Positions 25,238-32,169 of a stretch of DNA of 64,000 nucleotides are shown here, piece after piece (the stretch's first letter is position 1; the number at the start of each line of letters is the position of its first letter). Location: IMG/VR virus record IMGVR_UViG_3300031994_000034; one strand, written 5' to 3'. A program made the position numbers and the translations under genes. A model generated the notes under the pieces. The model saw nothing but the letters and a program-made list of their open reading frames with translations, made no database searches and was not told where the DNA came from. Origin of the DNA: a virus.

Positions 25238-26830
25238 ATGGACAAGATATTATCAATGTTTTTCGAGGCAGGGCGGTGGGAATACGCCATTGCCAAGGGT
25301 GTGGGTAAGGACGTTCCGAAGAACGTGTTGTACCAACTATGCAAGCCAGAAGTGCGGATGCAGATGTACGAGGCTATCCGCACGGGACAGTACGAGATTG
25401 CACCGCCACATACGGCACTTATCCCGAAGGATACGCCAGGCGAGTTCCGCACGGTGTATGTGAACGAGGCAGCTGACCGTGTGCTGCTATCCATTGCCAA
25501 CGACCTGCTGTTTGAGTTGATGCCAGACAGGGTGCATCCGCGTTGCAAGTCGTACTTGAAAGGTGTTGGTTGTGGGAGGATAGTGCAGGAAGTCAGTACG
25601 GCCATCCTTGCGGCAAAACCGCAAGGTACAGAGAAATTGGGCTGGAAGAGCGACCTGAGTAAGTATTTCGACTCGGTACCTATCCGATTCATAGATGCTG
25701 CCTTCGACATGGTAGAGGAACGGCACGGACATTCGGCCCTGATCGATGTACTGCGAAAGTATTACCATGCCGACCTCTATTTCACTCCCGATGGGGTGCT
25801 GGAAAGCAAGTACCAAAGTCTGAAGCAGGGTTGCTCGGTGGCATCGTGGCTGGCCGACGTCTTACTCTATCACATCGACGAGCGACTGACTAAGTTGAAC
25901 GGCTATTACGTCCGCTATTCGGACGATATGCTCTTTATCGGGCCGGATGCAGAGCAGGCTATGCAGGTCCTCACGGAGGAACTGGCAGCTATGGAAATGC
26001 GGCTCAACCCTAAGAAGGTGGAGTGGCTGGACGAGCGGCACTGGTTTAAGTTCCTGGGCTTCTCTATCCGTGGCAAGGACATCAGTCTGAGCAGTACGAG
26101 AATCAAGACGTTTCAGAGGGAGATTGAGAACAGGACAGTGAAAAGTGGAAAATCTAAGTTCACAATCACTTCGGCTCTCAACTCCGTGAACCGCTATCTG
26201 TATCGTGGCGACGGACAGGGGCATTCGTGGGCAACGCAAGTGCTGCCTATCGTGAACGTAAGACAGGACATCGCCACGCTGAACCTGTTCGTGATGGACT
26301 GTCTGCGGGCTGCCTGTACGGGCAAGACGAAAGTGGGCGGTCTGGGCTATGACAAGCAGGGTAGGGACGGCTGCATCGTCCGTGGCAGGGGCAGGAATGT
26401 GAGTGCCAACCGCAGGAAGACGGGCGACGACATCGGCGGCTATCTGTCGCTGAGCTGTATGCAGAACGCGATGCGGACGAGCAAGGCGGCGTATGACTCG
26501 CTGGTGCGCTCACTCAACTTCTCGCAGAAAACGCAGAAAGCGCAGAAATCTGATGCTACGAGCATCGAGGAACTGGAGGCGGCGTATGCGGTGTATAAGC
26601 ACTCCATTCCGAGCGAAAGGACGATGGGGCGTGTGCCTCGCTTCTATGCGCTGCCCGAAAGCGAGTTGAGCAATGACGATATGCTCTATGGCGTTCCCCG
26701 TGAACAGGCGGAGCGCGAATTGGAGAAGGTGCTGGCAGGGTTCACGATGCCTGAAGGGGCAGGGTGGTTCTGGCAGAGCGAGAACGACAAGGACTTGGTG
26801 GTGCTGCGCTCATGGTGCAGTGCCGCATAG
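25238..26830 (+). CDS. reverse transcriptase (unclassified prokaryotic RT)
   Basis: RT motifs in order: IPKDTPGEFRTVYV (1), ADRVLLSIANDLL (2), KSDLSKYFDSVP (3), LKQGCSVASWLADVLL (4), YVRYSDDMLFIG with YSDD at 25916-25927 (5), MRLNPKKV (6), FKFLGFSI (7). A 230-aa C-terminal extension has no recognisable domain. Confidence 0.9.
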   Translation: MDKILSMFFEAGRWEYAIAKGVGKDVPKNVLYQLCKPEVRMQMYEAIRTGQYEIAPPHTALIPKDTPGEFRTVYVNEAADRVLLSIANDLLFELMPDRVHPRCKSYLKGVGCGRIVQEVSTAILAAKPQGTEKLGWKSDLSKYFDSVPIRFIDAAFDMVEERHGHSALIDVLRKYYHADLYFTPDGVLESKYQSLKQGCSVASWLADVLLYHIDERLTKLNGYYVRYSDDMLFIGPDAEQAMQVLTEELAAMEMRLNPKKVEWLDERHWFKFLGFSIRGKDISLSSTRIKTFQREIENRTVKSGKSKFTITSALNSVNRYLYRGDGQGHSWATQVLPIVNVRQDIATLNLFVMDCLRAACTGKTKVGGLGYDKQGRDGCIVRGRGRNVSANRRKTGDDIGGYLSLSCMQNAMRTSKAAYDSLVRSLNFSQKTQKAQKSDATSIEELEAAYAVYKHSIPSERTMGRVPRFYALPESELSNDDMLYGVPREQAERELEKVLAGFTMPEGAGWFWQSENDKDLVVLRSWCSAA

Positions 26831-26879
26831 ACTATTCGCCACCGCACAGTGGCTATCCCTGCGTAGGGCGGCGCATCTT

Positions 26880-27255
26880 TAAGGTGCCGGCGTTTCAAAC
26901 ACGGGTTTCACTGGAGCCCATCTGGCAGATTTCCCAGATTGGCTCGGTTCAGCCCGTGCCACGCCGGCACTTATCATCGACGGAATAAAGACGATGTGCC
27001 AGGCCGCAAGGCGCAGGGAAGAGGGTAGCGCATACTGCCTATACAGACTATCAGAACGGCACAATTCAGCAATTCGAGCTATTAAGTCTTCTTTCACGTC
27101 GAACCCTTCGGGTCCGCAGGTACGGCGCTTCGCCGCTTCCGCTGGCTTCGCAGCCAGTACCTGCGGAACCGGGCGGGTCGCGTTCAGAAGACCAAAGCTC
27201 GAATCTTCATCGACACCATAAAGCGCTATGCCGCGCCGTGAGGATGGACTGAAAA
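26880..27255 (+). ncRNA. structured RNA module A (RT-adjacent)
   Basis: Nested helices GTGCCGGCG(26884)/CGCCGGCAC(26962), CACGGG/CCCGTG, GAGCC-ATCTGG/CCAGAT-GGCTC. Long-range TTCGAGCT..GTCTTC / GAAGAC..AGCTCGAA enclosing CCGCAGGTAC/GTACCTGCGG. No ORF. Confidence 0.6.
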
Positions 27256-27291
27256 ACAAAATTATCAACCATTTCAAAACTTAAAATCATT

Positions 27292-28380
27292 ATGAAGACT
27301 ATCAACAACGACGTGAACAACAACATGAGTAACAACAACGAGACAAAGGTGATGTGTCCTGTATGCGGCACGGAGTTCGCCATCGGCGAGCACGAACACA
27401 GAGTGAAGAACGCTGTCAGCATCGGCAAGGACAGTGGGCTGGGTGAGGTCTATCTGCCTGTGAGCAAGCGAGGCGACGCGCTGAAGGCTGCGGGCGTAGA
27501 TACGACGAAGTATTTCTCCATCAACCTGCCTACGGGTGGCAGTCAACTGATGAAGATGACGGACGGGGGTGTGCCTGTGGCAGTGACGGACGACGACCCT
27601 ATCATGGCGGCTATCCGCACACAGGGCACGGTACCTAACCGCTCGCTGTTCCGCCGCTGGGTGATGAGTCAGGTGTTCCACGGCTTGCAGTGTTCGGGCG
27701 GTTTCACGCAGTGGCTGAAGTGGCACGGCTATAAGTATCAGTGGGAGATGCTGGTGGAGGAACTGCGTGTGCAGGCCAAGCTCTACGGCAAGGACATGGA
27801 GAACTATGACGCCCGCAACCGTTGGTTTAACCGTGAACTGGCTGTGACGATGGCGAAGGACTATGTGGAGCAGCTGCGCAAGGATGCACACAAACGTCCG
27901 ACGCACAAGTGCAAGGGTGTGCCCTACATCCGCTTCTCGAACGAGAACTATTTCGTGAGCGACATCGAGAAGAAATTGATTACTCCCGTACATACACGTA
28001 TCGTCGCCATCGAGAGGGCAAAGAATCCTCAGCAACTCTACGATGCCGTGCGTAACTTCTGGTGGAAAATGCCAAGCGGCAGTCAGTATTACGACCAGTG
28101 CGCCGCATGGAAGGATGCCTATAAGGGCATGGGTGCCTATGCCACGATGCAGAACCTGCTGCGCTTCCACGGCTGCGGTTTTCCCAACGGCAACCAGTTC
28201 TATCATGCCCGTCTGTCCAACCTGCAAATGCTGGAGAATGCTGCTAAGGCATACGCCAATGGTGAGGGCTGGCGTCTGTTCGGTCTGATGAAGCAGATGC
28301 TGGAGATGAACGGCATCGACATCAAGGCAAAGATGCAGGAGTGGGCGCAGGCAAAGAAGGCTAAGAACCTGCGCCGATAA
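27292..28380 (+). CDS. hypothetical protein with N-terminal CxxC zinc-ribbon-like motif
   Basis: 362-aa ORF (MKTINNDVNNN..VMCPVCGTEFAIGEHEH...) bracketed by the RNA modules. No family recognised. Confidence 0.65.
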   Translation: MKTINNDVNNNMSNNNETKVMCPVCGTEFAIGEHEHRVKNAVSIGKDSGLGEVYLPVSKRGDALKAAGVDTTKYFSINLPTGGSQLMKMTDGGVPVAVTDDDPIMAAIRTQGTVPNRSLFRRWVMSQVFHGLQCSGGFTQWLKWHGYKYQWEMLVEELRVQAKLYGKDMENYDARNRWFNRELAVTMAKDYVEQLRKDAHKRPTHKCKGVPYIRFSNENYFVSDIEKKLITPVHTRIVAIERAKNPQQLYDAVRNFWWKMPSGSQYYDQCAAWKDAYKGMGAYATMQNLLRFHGCGFPNGNQFYHARLSNLQMLENAAKAYANGEGWRLFGLMKQMLEMNGIDIKAKMQEWAQAKKAKNLRR

Positions 28381-28434
28381 GCCATACACGAAAAGGCCGT
28401 GCGACCTATCCGCTGTGAGACGTGCAGACATTTT

Positions 28435-28800
28435 AGTCGATCAGGATTTCAACCTGTACGTTCATCTCGTGAGGTCCGACATCCATATTGGAATGCGGAC
28501 CTCCACGAGATGACCTTACAGGCCATCCTGATTGTCTCATCGACACGATACAGACACGCACCATGCACGGAGCACAGCGACTATACACCCCAGCACAGGG
28601 GACGGGCACTGCAAGACAGACGCAATTTAGTGAACAGTAGATAAGGGAAGGCGGCCTGCATCCGTCGTATCCCTATTGTTATACGACGGCTGGAACCGCC
28701 TTCGTATCTCACTGTTGACATCGAACGAGTAAAGACGATGTGCCGAGTCTGTGAGCAGTGACCTATCAGGGAGCGCACCCTATCATGCCGCAAGACATCC
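28435..28800 (+). ncRNA. structured RNA module B-I
   Basis: GATCAGGAT(28439)/ATCCTGAT(28525) enclosing CCTGTA/TACAGG and CATCTCGTGAGGTCCG/CGGACCTCCACGAGATG. Then the ATCGAC..ATACAG signature and the hairpin CCGTCGTAT/ATACGACGG. Confidence 0.55.
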
Positions 28801-28809
28801 ACGCTTTTC

Positions 28810-29105
28810 AAAGCGCCGGTTCACAGTTTGCCTGGGTTCCACTGGGATATTCCCAGTTCCCCAGGTAAGTTGCACCGGCACTTATCGAACCTATACAGCC
28901 ATGCGCCGAGGATGGTGAGCGACAACGGGAACGGCTGCGCATACAGCCTATGAGGTTTGCAGAGCGGAACTTTCAAACGACATCAGACTTAGATAAGCTC
29001 GCCTCAGTTAGGGCGGCCAGCCTACCCGCTGGCGGCCTTAACGAGGAGAGCTCCCTCTGATGCCCATATCAACCGAATAAAGCACTATGCCAGTCCGCGA
29101 GGCAG
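28810..29105 (+). ncRNA. structured RNA module B-II
   Basis: GCCGGT/ACCGGC, CCTGGG/CCCAGG and ACTGGG/CCCAGT replace the module A helices with compensatory changes. A 15-bp hairpin GTTAGGGCGGCCAGC/GCTGGCGGCCTTAAC has a + strand G-U pair. Confidence 0.6.
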
Positions 29106-29151
29106 ACGAAAAAAGAAGGTACAACTTAAAACAAAAATACGCAATAAAATT

Positions 29152-29496
29152 ATGAAAATTAAATCATCTATCGGAAAGAATGTGAACGAGGCGGTGAAAA
29201 ACTGCCGTGAGGTATTGGCAAACGAAACCGTGAACCTGCTGAAGCAGATGCGTGTAGAGCCAGGGCAGGAGGTGCTGTTCAAGAGGGCGCTGTTCCTCTA
29301 TCAGCACAAGGGAATGACCACTGAGACCATTGTCTGCGACCGCATCGCCTACTTCGGACGTGAGGGCAGCGAACCCTATTACATCGTCAGCATGGGCAAG
29401 GACGAGTACGTATCGCCAAAGAGCAATCTTTTTCTCTCGACAGACAGTCTGCAGGGTATCTACGAAGAGGTACGCCGCGTGGTGAGGGAAGAATAA
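29152..29496 (+). CDS. hypothetical protein
   Basis: 114-aa ORF. Confidence 0.55.
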   Translation: MKIKSSIGKNVNEAVKNCREVLANETVNLLKQMRVEPGQEVLFKRALFLYQHKGMTTETIVCDRIAYFGREGSEPYYIVSMGKDEYVSPKSNLFLSTDSLQGIYEEVRRVVREE

Positions 29497-29555
29497 TCTG
29501 TGGTATCTGTGCTATCTGTGTGAGAATGTCGCACGGAAATCACAGAAATCACGAA
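29497..29555 (+). repeat. 9-nt-repeat hairpin
   Basis: tctgtggtatctgtgctatctgtgtga-gaatgt-cgcacggaaatcacagaaatcacgaa, starting immediately after a stop codon. Confidence 0.8.
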
Positions 29556-29587
29556 AAAAGAAGGAACAATTAAAAACAAAACGAACT

Positions 29588-30073
29588 ATGATGGAAGATT
29601 TATTCACACGGAAACAGATGGAGAACGCGGTGATGCTGGCCGCTGACCTCTATCAGGGAATGTATTACAGCCCTGCAACCGACGGCGGTGCGCTGGAAGT
29701 GGCAGGTGCTATCATTGACGAAGCCGTGAAGATGGAGGCGTGGATGACGGAGAAATATGGTAAGGACGACGACCAGTATCTCGACCACCTGGATGAGTAC
29801 GAGACTCTATTGAAAAAGAAGTATGGCCTGCAGAAGAACGAGGTGACGGTTATCTTCGGGGAGAATGCGGCACAGGCCTATATGAACGACGGCGTGGACG
29901 GGCTGTGCGAGTTTATCGACGAAGGTCAGCTGGTGCGAATGACGTTCGACACGTTGGCCGAGCGGAGGGCGTATATCAGTGGCATAGACGATGCCGACGG
30001 CTGGTTGGGCAGCGCTGTGCTGGAAGACAGTGATGCCGAGAGCGAGAGAGTGAAGGCTTTATTGGACAATTAA
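29588..30073 (+). CDS. hypothetical acidic protein
   Basis: 161-aa ORF, CTATG start context. Confidence 0.6.
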   Translation: MMEDLFTRKQMENAVMLAADLYQGMYYSPATDGGALEVAGAIIDEAVKMEAWMTEKYGKDDDQYLDHLDEYETLLKKKYGLQKNEVTVIFGENAAQAYMNDGVDGLCEFIDEGQLVRMTFDTLAERRAYISGIDDADGWLGSAVLEDSDAESERVKALLDN

Positions 30074-30087
30074 AACAAGAAACGACT

Positions 30088-30447
30088 ATGACTGTATTGG
30101 AACAAAGATTCATGGAGCGGGTGCCAAACCTGCTGGGCGACATCGCAGAGTCGCCGGAAACTATCGCCAAGGCCAAGCAGCCGAAACAGAAAGTATGGGT
30201 GTTAACCTATGTCGGGCTGAGTGACAGCGACTATGAAGCCAACGGCTATAGTGAGTGCCATGTGTGCGGCACGTTGGAAGCAGCCAAGGAGAAAATGCGT
30301 CAGCTGCGCGACGCGGAGATTGAGAACTGCAAGGTCGAAGGGCGCGACTATGAGATTCTGGAAGACGAGACAACGGAACTGCGCATGTCGTGGTGCTGCC
30401 ACGGCGAGCAGGTGCGACTGGAAATCCACGAAGAGGAAGTGAAATAA
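30088..30447 (+). CDS. hypothetical protein
   Basis: 119-aa ORF, CTATG start context. Confidence 0.6.
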   Translation: MTVLEQRFMERVPNLLGDIAESPETIAKAKQPKQKVWVLTYVGLSDSDYEANGYSECHVCGTLEAAKEKMRQLRDAEIENCKVEGRDYEILEDETTELRMSWCCHGEQVRLEIHEEEVK

Positions 30448-30507
30448 TCTGTGCTATCTGTGCTATCTGTGTGAGAAAATAACCACGGATGGCACGGATG
30501 TCACGGA
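30448..30507 (+). repeat. 9-nt-repeat hairpin
   Basis: tctgtgctatctgtgctatctgtgtga-gaaaataa-ccacggatggcacggatgtcacgga. G-U pairing works only on the + strand. Confidence 0.85.
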
Positions 30508-30514
30508 AAAAGAA

Positions 30515-30599
30515 GTATCTTTGACCTGCGGTCGAAGGTACTCACGCTCGGAAAAGCTCAAATAAATTTGGCTTTCCGCTCACTTAATCGTACCTTTGC
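30515..30599 (+). repeat. 85-nt dispersed leader element, copy 1
   Basis: gtatctttgacctgcggtcgaaggtactcacgctcggaaaagctca...cttaatcgtacctttgc aligns with 37329-37414. It ends in TACCTTTG (30591-30598). Confidence 0.75.
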
Positions 30600-30616
30600 A
30601 AAAACAACTAACGAAT

Positions 30617-30781
30617 ATGAGAGTGATTGTAACTATTAAGGCAGGCAACAAGGCTGCCGAGAGCTTCTGTCAGGAGTTAGAAATGACCTTGCAGGAGTGC
30701 GAAAAATTGAAAGACATCGCCCGTAAGGTTAACCAGCGGGCAGGAGAAGAGTGCATAACCGCATACGTGCATCAGATTTGA
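30617..30781 (+). CDS. hypothetical small protein
   Basis: ATG at 30617 (MRVIVTIKAGNK...), downstream of the -7 box. Confidence 0.5.
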   Translation: MRVIVTIKAGNKAAESFCQELEMTLQECEKLKDIARKVNQRAGEECITAYVHQI

Positions 30782-30786
30782 GAATT

Positions 30787-30972
30787 ATGAGTAAGACTAT
30801 TAAATTTGAGATTGCACGCGATCATAGTATCGCTACTGCGTGCCCATACGGAATGAGGAACCCAAGAGTGAAGCACTGGCTGATTTTGGTTGGTTCGCTT
30901 CCATGTGGTAACTGCCAATACTTCGGGCATGATAACTATCCCGAGCATTCTATCGAATGTAATCATCCCTAA
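30787..30972 (+). CDS. small Cys-rich protein
   Basis: ATG at 30787 (MSKTIKFEIARD...CPYG...CGNCQYFGH...). Confidence 0.5.
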   Translation: MSKTIKFEIARDHSIATACPYGMRNPRVKHWLILVGSLPCGNCQYFGHDNYPEHSIECNHP

Positions 30973-30984
30973 TAACATTATGTT

Positions 30985-31344
30985 ATGGACGAAACATTGA
31001 AATACTTTAAGATATCGGGCGGCGATATATCGGTCAATGTGGTGGTGGCCTGCAAGCCCGACGAGGTGGAGCTGCTGCACGAGAAGTATGCCGGCTATAC
31101 GCTGGAGGAGACGGAATGCCCCGAGGGTGCTCAGATAGTCTGCGCCTCGCCGCACATCAATCCCGATCCATTCGTGATGCACAACCCGGCGGCGTACCTC
31201 GACGATGTGTATGCCAACGTGAAGAGCGCGAAATATGACGGTCCGAACTGCGGGCGCTGCCAGAACCGCTTCCGCTATTCGGAGTTCTGCACCTGCCACT
31301 ACAGGCAGGCTAAACCATGCTACCGCTTCAAGCTGGAGCGGTAA
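30985..31344 (+). CDS. hypothetical Cys-rich protein
   Basis: 119-aa ORF. The C-terminus contains CGRCQNRFRYSEFCTCH. Confidence 0.55.
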   Translation: MDETLKYFKISGGDISVNVVVACKPDEVELLHEKYAGYTLEETECPEGAQIVCASPHINPDPFVMHNPAAYLDDVYANVKSAKYDGPNCGRCQNRFRYSEFCTCHYRQAKPCYRFKLER

Positions 31345-31543
31345 ACCTTACAGTCCTGCACGGCCACCGAGCCTACCACTTGACTGGATGCGGGGCGCAA
31401 TCATGTTGTACATAACTTTTGAATTTTGAGTGACGGGCTGCTGCGCTGTGAAGCGCGGCAGTCTTTTTTAAGAAGACTATCAACCATCGGAATACTCAGA
31501 ATGCTCCGAGCAATCAGAGTAATCCGAATAACCATAACAGCCT

Positions 31544-31930
31544 ATGACAACGAAAGAACTTATCCCGGCACCGATTGACAACAAGAACCTGATGGAAGAC
31601 GCCTTCGAGGATGACGTGTTCCAAGACTTCTATGCAGCACCAGACCACCGCAAGCGCAATATGCGCCACCTCATTGGGATGCACCGCGAGTGGGGCGGCG
31701 AGTTCGGCTGTGCTATCGTAGATGCCAAGTGGCACCATGCCGACAATATCGTCTGCATCAATGTACTGGCCGCGCCCCCTGCGGAGGACTTCGACATGGT
31801 GCGCAAGGAGGTGTATGCCGCCGCCGCAGACACCTTCAAGAGCTGGCAGTGCGAGGATAACCCCGGACTGGTGGTGAAAACGGAGGTACGCGATGCGACG
31901 CTGATTGTGACATTCTATTTCGAGGTGTGA
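31544..31930 (+). CDS. hypothetical protein
   Basis: 128-aa ORF, CTATG start context. Confidence 0.6.
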   Translation: MTTKELIPAPIDNKNLMEDAFEDDVFQDFYAAPDHRKRNMRHLIGMHREWGGEFGCAIVDAKWHHADNIVCINVLAAPPAEDFDMVRKEVYAAAADTFKSWQCEDNPGLVVKTEVRDATLIVTFYFEV

Positions 31931-32121
31931 TGACAACGAGAGCTATCAACGCAGCACTGCTCGCCGGAAAGGTGGTGGTGCTCAGGGACGACCCGCTGCT
32001 GTGTATCGTCCCCGACCTGTGGGGCGAGCTGGTGGTGGTGAGCCGAGGGCAGGAACCCTTCGACACCCGACCGGCTACTCCGAGCGACAAACGAAAAGCG
32101 GTCATCCTAATCAATTCATAA
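31927..32121 (+). CDS. hypothetical protein
   Basis: 64-aa ORF with an ATGA start-stop overlap with the upstream gene. Confidence 0.5.
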   Translation: MMTTRAINAALLAGKVVVLRDDPLLCIVPDLWGELVVVSRGQEPFDTRPATPSDKRKAVILINS

Positions 32122-32169
32122 TTCATAATTCATAATGCACAATTCATAATTCACAATTCATAATTTACT

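Noticed and set aside
25238-27291. Group II intron or retron
   Set aside because: There is no GUGYG 5' end and no domain V-like AGC hairpin. There is no maturase or endonuclease domain and no flanking interrupted host gene. The structured RNA lies downstream of the RT rather than upstream, and lacks obvious a1/a2 inverted repeats, unlike retron msr-msd.
27274-28431. 385-aa minus-strand ORF. Similar long antisense ORFs occur at 9868..10809, 32158..33369, 35772..36572, 38847..39632, 40071..41048, 45425..46870, 47897..48649, 52262..52993, 56687..57529, 57348..58028, 59564..60370 and 62675..63412
   Set aside because: These are shadow ORFs opposite GC-rich + strand genes. Their compositions are His/Arg/Leu/Val-rich and non-protein-like, they lack start context, and the + strand partners carry recognisable motifs or operon packing.
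25238-29150. Diversity-generating retroelement (DGR)
   Set aside because: RT motif 4 lacks the DGR IGNxxSQ signature, and I see no Avd-like gene. By eye I found no template/variable repeat pair with adenine-specific mismatches. The repeats present are structured-RNA paralogues that differ by compensatory changes rather than A-to-N changes. A computational TR/VR scan is still advisable.
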